DNA of 64,000 nucleotides from contig JALTLO010000177.1 in NCBI GenBank assembly GCA_027001995.1, forward strand, positions 11,193 through 75,192. Reading direction: 5' to 3'. Below the pieces are notes generated by a model, which did not search any database, was not told the origin of the DNA, and saw only the letters and a list, made by a program, of their open reading frames with translations. Each line of letters begins with the position of its first letter. The stretch's first letter is position 1. Origin of the DNA: Planctomycetota bacterium. GTDB taxonomy: Bacteria > Planctomycetota > GCA-002687715 > DRQF01. Shown piece by piece: positions 19,925-28,882 of this stretch. Position numbers and translations under genes: made by a program.

Positions 19925-20941
19925 ATGTTCATTGTCGTCGTCATGGGTGGTGTGTCCTCAGAACATGACATCTCTTTGGAATCTGGGCAAAGTGTCGTTT
20001 CGGCTTTGCTTGCTCGAGGGCATCAGGTTGAGCCTTTGGTCATCGAAAAAAACGGAACCTTTACTTTTCGCCACCAAACTCAGTCTCCTTTGGAAACGAC
20101 TCAAGAACTGGTTCGCTCTCAGGTTGAAGCCATCTTTCTGACTCTTCATGGCGTTGGCGGAGAGGATGGATATATCCAGGCTTGGTTTGCTTGGGCTGGG
20201 ATTCCCTATACCGGATCTGATTTGCCTGCCTCGGCTTTGGCAATTAACAAATGCACCTTCAAAGCCGTTCTTCTTGATCGGGGCTTGCCAACTCCTCGCC
20301 ATGTGAACATTTCATCCCAAGATTGGCTTAGAGATCATGAGTCGGCGCTGAAGAATGGTGAAGAGGGGCCAGGGTATCCGGCGATACTCAAGGTGGCCAG
20401 TGCGGGTTCAAGCTATGGCGTTGTCAAAGTGGTCGATCGGGCTGAAGCCAGAAAAAAACTTGATGAGCTCTTCAGGCAGGACCGCTGGGTTATTTGGGAA
20501 TCCTGCGTCAAAGGGCGAGAATTGACGGTTCCTGTTTACGCCGACCGCCAAGGTGTCCTTCAAACATTGCCTGTGGTTGAAATTGTACCTCAAATTGGCG
20601 AGTTCTTTGATCTTGCTTCCAAGTATGAAAAGGGTGGGGCCAGTGAAATTGTCCCTGCAGATATCGATCCAGTTTTGGCCGCTCAAGTTTGCGACCTGGC
20701 CAAAAAGACTCACACTTTGGCGGGATGCCAAGGCCTGTCCCGCACGGATTTCATGGTGGGGGATGAAGGCCCCATGATCTTGGAAATCAACACAGCTCCC
20801 GGTTTGACACCGGCTTCCTTAGTCCCCAAGTCCCTGGCAGCCGCTGGGCTTGACTTCGGTGCTTTCTTCGAAGGGCTCATTGAAGAAGCAATGAGTCGTG
20901 TTTCAATTCTGGGGAACCATGGGCATGTCGCTTCCGATTGA
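19925..20941 (+). CDS. ddl: D-alanine--D-alanine ligase
   Basis: N-terminus VVVMGGVSSEHDISLESG and ATP-grasp C-terminal motif SRTDFMVGDEGPMILEINTAPGLT. Confidence 0.9.
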   Translation: MFIVVVMGGVSSEHDISLESGQSVVSALLARGHQVEPLVIEKNGTFTFRHQTQSPLETTQELVRSQVEAIFLTLHGVGGEDGYIQAWFAWAGIPYTGSDLPASALAINKCTFKAVLLDRGLPTPRHVNISSQDWLRDHESALKNGEEGPGYPAILKVASAGSSYGVVKVVDRAEARKKLDELFRQDRWVIWESCVKGRELTVPVYADRQGVLQTLPVVEIVPQIGEFFDLASKYEKGGASEIVPADIDPVLAAQVCDLAKKTHTLAGCQGLSRTDFMVGDEGPMILEINTAPGLTPASLVPKSLAAAGLDFGAFFEGLIEEAMSRVSILGNHGHVASD

Positions 20942-21560
20942 TCTTTCTGTCTTAGCGATTTCTCCTGATCGTGATACGCCACCTTTGAGTTTGGAAAGAG
21001 AACTGGAAGCTTTGATTGATGGAGGAATCACAGCATTCATGTTTCGGGAGAAGCGTCTCGATGACCAAGCCTTTCTATTGTTGGGCAGGAGGCTTCGGCA
21101 GATCTGTGATCAACGCGGTGTTGGCTTTATTCTGAATGAAAGAACGGGGTTAGCTGAACCTATGGGGGCTCGAGTCGTTCACTTAACTTGGAGGTCGCGT
21201 CTACCCAAGGTGACTGCGGCAAAGGACTCCATCTTGATGGGAAGAAGCGTCCACTCCCTATCCGAAGCCATGGATGCCATGGCTTCTGGAGTGGACTACC
21301 TCGTGGCGGGGCCTGTTCTTCCAACACCGTCCAAGGAAGGCTTGGTTGAGACAATCGGGCTCGAGGGTTTAGCAACTTTATGTGCCCATGTGGATTTGCC
21401 TGTTGTGGCCGTTGGTGGGATCAAAGCTGATGCCTTGGTTTCTGCACGCGAAGCAGGGGCTGTGGGTGTCAGCGGAATCTCTTGCTTCTTTGGTGGCGAT
21501 GATCCGAAATCTTCTGCTGCAGAGTTTCGACAAGTTTGGGAATCAAGCGATGAGCGTTGA
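20919..21560 (+). CDS. thiE: Thiamine-phosphate synthase
   Basis: ITAFMFREKRL, VVHL, GRSVHS, DYLVAGPVLPTPSK and LPVVAVGGI. The start is ambiguous (GTG 20898, ATG 20919 or ATG 20925) and overlaps the ddl 3' end. Confidence 0.8.
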   Translation: MGMSLPIDLSVLAISPDRDTPPLSLERELEALIDGGITAFMFREKRLDDQAFLLLGRRLRQICDQRGVGFILNERTGLAEPMGARVVHLTWRSRLPKVTAAKDSILMGRSVHSLSEAMDAMASGVDYLVAGPVLPTPSKEGLVETIGLEGLATLCAHVDLPVVAVGGIKADALVSAREAGAVGVSGISCFFGGDDPKSSAAEFRQVWESSDER

Positions 21561-22098
21561 GAGCAAAGCAAAACAAAAGACTCAGTTGTTGGTGGCCAGG
21601 ATTCGCAAGGCAGTGTATTTAGGGGTTCTTCTCGGGTTGGCTTGGTTCTTTTGGCGTTACGACTTTCAGACAATTCCCGCAGATTACAATCACTTGGCAC
21701 CTCAACATATGCCAGCCGGTGCCACTGTTGTTTTGGTTGACTACAGCGAGGATGCGCCTTTGGGGGTGGGCTCTGTCCTTTTGTTTGAACCTCCCGGATA
21801 CCCAGGGACCCACTCTTTCGGTGTGGTTGCAGGATTGCCCGGAGAGACCGTTTTGTTGGTGGAAGAGCGCCCAGGCGAAGGACATTTGGATGTGAACGGT
21901 CGCAAGGAAATCCTCGTTCTGCCAGCAGACCACAAGCTTTTTAGCGGGGTTATTCCCGATGACCATTTCTTGATTCTCAATGGTGATCGCCATCTCAACT
22001 CCGGACAAGGCGCTCCAGATAGTCGGGTTTTTGGCCTGGTACCGCGAAAGAACCTCATCTCGAAGCTCATTGCATCTTTGAATCCTTTTTCTCGATAG
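21550..22098 (+). CDS. S26 signal-peptidase-I-like protein, catalytic residues apparently substituted
   Basis: N-terminal TM (AVYLGVLLGLAWFFW). S26 boxes are recognisable: QHMPAGA in place of SMxPT, SFGVVAGLPGETV in place of KRxxGxPGD, and box E GDRHLNSGQGAPDSRVFGLVP. The ATG at 21550 overlaps the thiE stop by 11 nt. Confidence 0.55.
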   Translation: MSVESKAKQKTQLLVARIRKAVYLGVLLGLAWFFWRYDFQTIPADYNHLAPQHMPAGATVVLVDYSEDAPLGVGSVLLFEPPGYPGTHSFGVVAGLPGETVLLVEERPGEGHLDVNGRKEILVLPADHKLFSGVIPDDHFLILNGDRHLNSGQGAPDSRVFGLVPRKNLISKLIASLNPFSR

Positions 22099-22229
22099 CA
22101 AAGCTTTCCCCCTGTTTGACGGCAACCCGGTTGAATCTACCCTTTGAGAGCCGCACTAAGATGATCTTTTGACTGCGTCCTATTCGATTCATCCTCGACG
22201 GACCCCTTGTGAGAGACTAACCTGCCCTT

Positions 22230-23150
22230 ATGCCCAACGCTTTTCACGAACATGACTTTTTGAATTCTTTGTTGGCTTTGCCCATCGACTCACGTCTGAG
22301 CGTACCCATTGGTGATGACGCTGCATTGCTCAAAGACAAGTGTGGCGGAATCCTCCTGGCTGCGGATACGGTAGCTGAGGGTCGGCATTGCGAAAGAGGG
22401 CCAGATGCTCCCGAGATCTTGGCTCGCAAAGTTGTTCGGTCGAATCTCTCTGATTTGGCTGCCATGGGAGGTTATGGTGAATCTCTCCTACTCAACATGA
22501 TTCTTCCAGAAAACGTTGGGCCTGATGTTCCTCGGAGGATTCTTCAGGTTGTGTCCGAGGAATGCGCGCTTTTTGACGTGGCCTTGGCAGGAGGAGATAC
22601 GGTCTGCGCCGGCGATCGTATCATCCTGGCAGCTAGCGTCACGGGCCGTCTTTTTTCTCAACCCATTTGCCGCTCTGGGGCTATGCTCGGTGACTTGATT
22701 GTGGTGACCGGAGCTCTTGGAGGGTCGATCCTGGGGCACCACGGCACTTTTATCCCGAGGATCAAAGAGGCCGAGATCCTAAGCCGATGGGGTCCGCCTT
22801 CTGCCATGGCAGACATCTCTGATGGTTTCCTGCGTGACCTCAATAACATCTTGGTGGCCAGCGGTGTTGGGGCTCTCGTGAATCAGGATCAAATCCCGAT
22901 TTCAGAAGCAGCTTTGGCTCTGGCAGAAATGAACCCGAGTCGATCTCCCTTGGATCATGCCCTCCATGATGGAGAAGACTTTGAGTTGGTATTGACGATC
23001 TCGCCCCATCGTTTCGAAATTGTGCAAGAGAATTGGAAGATCGACACCAAGCTTCACGTCACAGGTGAGGTGGTGGAGTCCGGTTTGTCGCTTTCGGTTG
23101 GGGGCGAGGTTCAATCAGTGGACCCGGGTGGTTTCGACCACGGAGTTTGA
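22230..23150 (+). CDS. thiL: Thiamine-monophosphate kinase
   Basis: PIGDDAALL, AADTVAEGRH, SDLAAMGG and AGGDTV are AIR-synthase-fold ThiL motifs. Confidence 0.88.
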   Translation: MPNAFHEHDFLNSLLALPIDSRLSVPIGDDAALLKDKCGGILLAADTVAEGRHCERGPDAPEILARKVVRSNLSDLAAMGGYGESLLLNMILPENVGPDVPRRILQVVSEECALFDVALAGGDTVCAGDRIILAASVTGRLFSQPICRSGAMLGDLIVVTGALGGSILGHHGTFIPRIKEAEILSRWGPPSAMADISDGFLRDLNNILVASGVGALVNQDQIPISEAALALAEMNPSRSPLDHALHDGEDFELVLTISPHRFEIVQENWKIDTKLHVTGEVVESGLSLSVGGEVQSVDPGGFDHGV

Positions 23151-23168
23151 GTGACTTTGAGGAACCAC

Positions 23169-26100
23169 ATGAGCTTTCGGCACCGCTATTCATGGGCATT
23201 TTTGATGATTTTCTTGCTGTCCTCCTTAACCTGTGGGCAAAGGAGCCCGGCCGGTCATGTGCATGGACGCGTTAAGTCGATTTTTGGTGGTGCCGGCATC
23301 GGAAATGCTCGCCTGAGCCTTCGGGTTCGTCGGGTCAATCGCGATGAAGTGGCCATGAGCGCCGGGAGCAATGAAAATGGCGCCTTTCGCATTCGGACTG
23401 GCGCTATGCTCGGGCAGCCACGACTGCGAATCAAAGCGGATGGTTTGGCGCCACGGGAGATCGTCCTCAAGAGTTTGAAAAATGCCGAGGGATTGCTTCT
23501 CCCAGATATCATTTTAGATCCAGGTGTTCCGGTGGGGTTAGAAGTTGACGTCAATCTGGCATCTGCCGCACCCATTTGGGTCCATGCATTTTCTCTCGAA
23601 GAGGATCAACGTCTGATTGATTTGGAAACTGAGCCTTTGTTGAAGGGCCGTTTCGGTCAAGATGGTCGTTTGGTCTTTCCCCATATGGCACCGGGTCTCT
23701 ATGGTTTTGTTGTGACGGACTACTTCGCGCGGTTTAGGCCCGAGCTTGTCGTTTGGGAAGTTGGTCTAGACCCAGTGCATCTTCCCCCTGTTCTGTTGCG
23801 GGTTGGGCATTCTCTTGGATTAACCATGCCAACGGGGGGCAATGAAGTCGTAGAGGGGCAATTGATTGCTGGCTTTGGCAGATGGCCCAGGGAGGGAGGT
23901 GAGGAATATCGTTTTCGCACAAGACTTCTTGCTCGTGGGGATGGGAAGGGGAAGGCCAGGATTTCCATGGAACACTTGCCCCCAAGTGTATGTCGCATTG
24001 ATCTAGGGACCAAAGGCAAGGTCGCTACTTTCGAATTGTTACCTGGTAGCGGAATTCGGGAAGTCGTTTGGGAAAAAGCCTGTTCTGTTCGTGGGCAATT
24101 GTCCTCTCCTTTGGGAAGGCTCGATTGGGAATCCGCAACCTTGGTGATTGGCGGTCGACGAACGAAGGTTGACAAGGCCGGTCGTTTCTATTGTCAAGGG
24201 ATGCTCCCGGGCAGGCACAAGGTTTTCGCCCAGATCCCGGGGGCACCGTCGATTTCGAATCGCCTCGTCGTTTTGGCGTCCGGTGAGAGCCGTAGCGATT
24301 TCTTGCTGAGATTCGAATCTGGGACTCGGGTGAGCGGTGAGACGCGCAACAAGGACTTGAAGCGTCAAAGTTATGTTTGGGTGGGTTATCAATCCCCAGG
24401 AGATGACATCAGATTCCTTGGCACTTATTACCAGGGGATCAGCGATGGCCAGTCAAACTATGAGATCCCAGGGATTTCAGCAGGCCATCATGTCTTTTAC
24501 CTCCGAGCTGAAGGAAACTCTGTTTCACGATTCGATGGAATCGATTTGGAGGATGGAGTCGCTGCTGTTCAAAATCTCCGGTTGATCCGAGGCGGTTTTG
24601 GTAAGGGCGAGATCAAGTGGCCCGATGGCAGTCCCGTTGCGCGCGCTCGGGTGCAGTTGATTGAGCAGCCTGTCCCTCTCAAGATGGTTTTGACTCGGGC
24701 ATTTGCGGAGACTCCTTCGACCCACAAGGTTGTGGAAACCATGACTGATGAAAATGGCGTCTACAGCATGGAGGGCATTCGTCCCGGTTCTCATCTCTTG
24801 GTGATTCGGCCCTGGCATGGGGCTAACGAAGTCGGCGGGACGGTCTCCACGTCAGCAGGGGAGAATCGGTCGGGCTTCGATTGGCAGATGAACCCTCCGG
24901 GGCCCCTGGTTTTGGATCTCCCCATTGGCACCCCCATGCGCCTCAAATCCCAAGAGCATTCTTTCATCGAACGCTGGCTTTACCGTCGACCAGAAGATGG
25001 GCCCATAGGCGTCCATGGTTTGCCTCGGGGAACCTATGTGCTGTCTCCCTTGGCCTTGCATGAGTCGAATTGGCCTCTTGCCAAGAAGAATTTCAACTAT
25101 GTGGAGTGGCAGGGAACAAGCTTGGAATCGCTGGTGTCAACCTCTGCCATGAGGGCTATCAAAATCGGTTCTATGCCTGAGCTCCTCTTGTCAGAGATAG
25201 AGATTCGCTTGCTCATTGGAGGAGAATTTCCCCAAGATCAAGAGAGGGTTGAGTTGACGGCCTATCCTTTGGGGGCCTCTCGCCCTCTTCAGCCAGTGCG
25301 TCTTGAGTACCCGAGTCAGTTGTCTCACTTCAAAATTTCCTTGCCAAGGGGGCTGTGGCTCATTGAGGCCAGGGCATTGAATCGGGGAAGAGGGAATTCC
25401 GGCCCGTTTTCTTTGGCAAGAGGTTTCGAATCCTCCGGCCATGAACACGGTAAAGAACCATTGACTATCGACCTTTTCACATCTGCCACGGTTTTTGGAT
25501 TCGTTGACCTCAAGAAAGGGGAAGCTGAAAGTGGAGCAGGGGTTTCGGTGTCTGCACATCAGAGACATGACCAGTTGATCTGGCCTTGGCGTCGAAGTAA
25601 GTCGATTGTGCCTTTGTCAGAGACCGGCGAATTGCGTTTTGGGAGATTCCCTCCAGGACCTTCCTCTCTGCGTGTTTTCGGTGACGCTGCCTATTTGGAG
25701 GTCCCTCTCGATTGCGAACCCTATGACCAAAAAGACATCCGTCGTCTTGTCCCCGGATTGCCGGCGGCCTTGGTCCTGGACCTAGCAGACATTGAGATTC
25801 GAGATAGCACGATTTTCGGACAAGACTCCTTTGGTCCTCTTAATGATCGAGCGTCCTTGCTCCCTGGCACCTATGGGATTCGGAGCCCCAGTCTTTGGAA
25901 TGAGAAGGAAAGCACGGGGGTTTGGTCATCAACTCAGGTTGTCAATCTCGCCAGCGGAGATGTGGCCATCGGAGAGGATACCCTTCGGAAGGGGGGACGT
26001 AGTTCCTTGCGGGGCGACCTACGGGTTGACGCCACGATCTTGTCCCATTGGCCGGTGACGCTTTTTCCTATTCGAAATGATGCCCATGATGTGAGTCGCC

Positions 26101-27134
26101 CGATTGTACGAGGTCGCAGTGATGCCGATGGCATTTTTTGGTTTAGTGGTTTGGCCTCCGGAGAATACGCCTTTCAGATGCGATATCGTGACGAGTTTGA
26201 GCGACCCTACAATCTGACGTTTCCACTCTTTCTCGATGATCGTACTTTGACCACGAAGCAAAACATTCGTCTTCGCACGCGGAGTCTGACAGTCATTGCG
26301 TTTGATCAAGGGGAAGGTGCCCCCGGTTCCCAGGCTTTGGTTCGAATCTTGAGAACAGACTTGCGAGGGCTTGGGGCCACGACAGTTTTTCGCAAGAGGA
26401 TTGAGGAAGTCGCCCGAGGACTGACTGACGATACCGGCGAAGTGATCTTTCGGTCTTTGCCAATTGGAACCTATGACATTGTTGTGACTCGCCGTGGGCG
26501 CGTCGCTACAGTGACCAAAGGTGTGGACCTTTCATCAGGGAGTGGGGCCATTTTGGTCCGTGCTCCAGGGGAAAAGGGGAAAGCTCTGGGGGTCTTGCTT
26601 CAAGACGACGAAGGGAATCCCATCGAAGGCGCTACTTGTTTTTTATACTCCGCTGACGATATGCGGGTTCATGGCGACATTCTTCTTCAATCCGATAAGC
26701 AGGGGCGTGTTCTCCTTTCTGACTTGGCTGAAGGAACTTATCGTTTCTACATGCAATCTCCTGATTTCCCCACCCAGCGCCTGGAAGACTTGATGGTGGA
26801 GAAGACGAATCCAGAATGGACAACCAGGTGGGCCCAGCCCGGGGCCGATCTGGAAGTTCTTTGCGTTGACAGTGAGGGCAAACAGGTTGAGGGAGTTCAG
26901 GTCTTTCTCGAGTCAGAAGCTGGGACTTGGGAACGTTTTGGCCCCCAATCGACTCTCTTGGACGAAAGGAACAATGATGTAAATACCTTTGGCACCATTA
27001 TGTTACGGAATATTCCCCAAGGTAAGTGTAAGTTGAGGGCTGTTCACAATAACTTTCATACCTTCGCTGGGGATACGGAAATTCGCGCGGCTGCGACCAA
27101 TAAATTCACTATGATTTTGAAAAGAAAACTTTGA
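23169..27134 (+). CDS. Large secreted protein with repeated carboxypeptidase-regulatory-like (CarboxypepD_reg) beta-sandwich domains
   Basis: Signal-like N-terminus MSFRHRYSWAFLMIFLLSSLTCG. A recurrent motif is typical of the domain: DENGVYSMEGIRPGSHLLVI, DADGIFWFSGLASGEYAFQM, DDTGEVIFRSLPIGTYDIVV, DKQGRVLLSDLAEGTYRFYM. The ORF opens at a GTG at 23151, directly abutting the thiL stop. Confidence 0.6.
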   Translation: MSFRHRYSWAFLMIFLLSSLTCGQRSPAGHVHGRVKSIFGGAGIGNARLSLRVRRVNRDEVAMSAGSNENGAFRIRTGAMLGQPRLRIKADGLAPREIVLKSLKNAEGLLLPDIILDPGVPVGLEVDVNLASAAPIWVHAFSLEEDQRLIDLETEPLLKGRFGQDGRLVFPHMAPGLYGFVVTDYFARFRPELVVWEVGLDPVHLPPVLLRVGHSLGLTMPTGGNEVVEGQLIAGFGRWPREGGEEYRFRTRLLARGDGKGKARISMEHLPPSVCRIDLGTKGKVATFELLPGSGIREVVWEKACSVRGQLSSPLGRLDWESATLVIGGRRTKVDKAGRFYCQGMLPGRHKVFAQIPGAPSISNRLVVLASGESRSDFLLRFESGTRVSGETRNKDLKRQSYVWVGYQSPGDDIRFLGTYYQGISDGQSNYEIPGISAGHHVFYLRAEGNSVSRFDGIDLEDGVAAVQNLRLIRGGFGKGEIKWPDGSPVARARVQLIEQPVPLKMVLTRAFAETPSTHKVVETMTDENGVYSMEGIRPGSHLLVIRPWHGANEVGGTVSTSAGENRSGFDWQMNPPGPLVLDLPIGTPMRLKSQEHSFIERWLYRRPEDGPIGVHGLPRGTYVLSPLALHESNWPLAKKNFNYVEWQGTSLESLVSTSAMRAIKIGSMPELLLSEIEIRLLIGGEFPQDQERVELTAYPLGASRPLQPVRLEYPSQLSHFKISLPRGLWLIEARALNRGRGNSGPFSLARGFESSGHEHGKEPLTIDLFTSATVFGFVDLKKGEAESGAGVSVSAHQRHDQLIWPWRRSKSIVPLSETGELRFGRFPPGPSSLRVFGDAAYLEVPLDCEPYDQKDIRRLVPGLPAALVLDLADIEIRDSTIFGQDSFGPLNDRASLLPGTYGIRSPSLWNEKESTGVWSSTQVVNLASGDVAIGEDTLRKGGRSSLRGDLRVDATILSHWPVTLFPIRNDAHDVSRPIVRGRSDADGIFWFSGLASGEYAFQMRYRDEFERPYNLTFPLFLDDRTLTTKQNIRLRTRSLTVIAFDQGEGAPGSQALVRILRTDLRGLGATTVFRKRIEEVARGLTDDTGEVIFRSLPIGTYDIVVTRRGRVATVTKGVDLSSGSGAILVRAPGEKGKALGVLLQDDEGNPIEGATCFLYSADDMRVHGDILLQSDKQGRVLLSDLAEGTYRFYMQSPDFPTQRLEDLMVEKTNPEWTTRWAQPGADLEVLCVDSEGKQVEGVQVFLESEAGTWERFGPQSTLLDERNNDVNTFGTIMLRNIPQGKCKLRAVHNNFHTFAGDTEIRAAATNKFTMILKRKL

Positions 27135-27174
27135 ACTTCTCGAACCTTAGCTCGAAGAGCACGTTTCTACCTTC

Positions 27175-27777
27175 ATGAAGAACGAATCCAAAGAACAGGT
27201 GGATGAAGACGTCGCCTTGATGCTCTCTTTCAAAAGAGGCGATTACAACGCCTTTGCCATGTTGGTTGAAAGACATCAGCAAACGTTGATTCAGTTCTTC
27301 TATGCCCAGCATCCTGACCAGCAGTTGGCAGAGGATTGTGCTCAGGAGGTTTGGCGCAAAGTCTTCAAAGCTCGCAATGACTATGTGGCCCGGGCTCGAT
27401 TCAGGACCTATCTATTTCGAGTTGCGCGCAACTACTGGATCGATGTCTACCGTTCCAAAGCCAAGCATATGCCTTTGGTGTCCTTGGATGCTTCATCTGC
27501 CAAACTTGATAGTGATGCTTCATTGGCAAATCTCGTTCAAGACGAGTTACCAACACCGCCATCTCTTTTGTCCAATGAAGAGTTGAAACGAAAAATCGAG
27601 TGGGCATTGGGACGCTTGCCAGCGAACCAACGTGAAGTTTTTGTACTCGCAGAGCTTCAAGGTCTGAAGTATCAGGATATCGGCGAGACTTTGGAAATCC
27701 CTGTGGGGACGGTGAAGTCCCGTATGTTCAACGCCATGAGACGCTTGAGGGATCTCTTGAATAAGGAGATTGATTAA
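27175..27777 (+). CDS. ECF-type RNA polymerase sigma factor (sigma-70 family)
   Basis: Region 2 is FRTYLFRVARNYWIDVYR. Region 4 is QREVFVLAELQGLKYQDIGETLEIPVGTVKSRMFNAMRRLR. Confidence 0.9.
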   Translation: MKNESKEQVDEDVALMLSFKRGDYNAFAMLVERHQQTLIQFFYAQHPDQQLAEDCAQEVWRKVFKARNDYVARARFRTYLFRVARNYWIDVYRSKAKHMPLVSLDASSAKLDSDASLANLVQDELPTPPSLLSNEELKRKIEWALGRLPANQREVFVLAELQGLKYQDIGETLEIPVGTVKSRMFNAMRRLRDLLNKEID

Positions 27778-27779
27778 CC

Positions 27780-28331
27780 ATGGGCAACGACAAGATGAAC
27801 AAAGGTTTCGACGGGGAAGAACAAAACACTTCCTCTTTTGACCTTCAAGATTTCGAAGACTTACGCCATGAGCTTTCATCATGGGTGAAAGAATATCGTG
27901 AGCAAGTGCTCGAGACGATTGAGCCAAGTGCAGCGTACCGTGCTTCTATGCATAAGATGATGATGGGGCTTGTTCGCGATGATGTTCTGAAAGCCCACAA
28001 GAAAGCCTCTTTATCGACAAAGTTCGCGGCAAGGTGCCAAAGGTGGGTAGCATGCTGGCATGAGCTGGTTGCCTCATCTCTTCTGTTTCGCCTTGGCAGT
28101 CAGGGTGTTTTGGCCCTTGGTTTGGGCCTGATTCTCTCTATGGCTTGGATTTCAGCCATGGACGAGAAGCCTGTTGCAGCCAAGAGTACTTTTGAAGAAC
28201 AGAAGAGCATGGTTCCTGAGACAACTTGGAAATCAAGAATTCCCCATCCCGATGAATTCCGTCCAAGCGAAAGAGATCATCTTCCGGCAATTCCTTCTGG
28301 GCGTCCCGTGAAGAAAGTGAAGAAGAAGTAG
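27780..28331 (+). CDS. Putative anti-sigma factor (single-pass membrane protein)
   Basis: Starts 2 nt after the sigma-factor stop and has one central TM (GVLALGLGLILSMAWISAM). Called by position only; no zf-HC2 motif was seen. Confidence 0.4.
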   Translation: MGNDKMNKGFDGEEQNTSSFDLQDFEDLRHELSSWVKEYREQVLETIEPSAAYRASMHKMMMGLVRDDVLKAHKKASLSTKFAARCQRWVACWHELVASSLLFRLGSQGVLALGLGLILSMAWISAMDEKPVAAKSTFEEQKSMVPETTWKSRIPHPDEFRPSERDHLPAIPSGRPVKKVKKK

Positions 28332-28882
28332 ACTTCAATTGATCTCTTTGTCCTTCAATACGACCGTCATGTCCTTATCCGAATATTTCTTGTCGTCGGT
28401 CAACAACGAGTCAACGTTGTTGTAACTTTGCGGTCTTAAGGGTGGCGAGCAACGGGCTATCAAGCGTCACTGATTTGCCCCAAGAAACGACTCAGGCTCG
28501 TTCCCATCAACGAAGTTCGTCATGTCCGATTCTGTCTATCTCGCTATTGTAGGTGACTCCCGCAGTGTTTTAGTGTGAAGAATCCAGAAGCAGACTGGAT
28601 CTTATTGCGACAGGGTTGGCTTTCTTATTTGCTGGTGCGGGTGGTGGCACACAGAAGAAGTAAGAGGCGGCTCCCCGTTGTCGAATGCGAGCGGATATGT
28701 CTGACCTTTGGTCCATTGCATGACGAAGGCACATGCTCCGTGTCGATAAAATTAGGAGACCCGATAGGCCACTGGATCCGAACACATGAACGGGATTTGG
28801 CAGGGAATGGCGTTCATGACTACAAGTTCTTGACCCAACGGTCTTTTATCCTATGCTCAAGATAAGATAAATAGAGAGTTTC

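Noticed and set aside
28575-28865. 96-aa plus-strand ORF (and the 28570..28785 minus-strand ORF) in the long spacer upstream of the kinase
   Set aside because: Non-ATG start, Arg/Cys-rich composition and no motifs. The region is better treated as non-coding (see finding).
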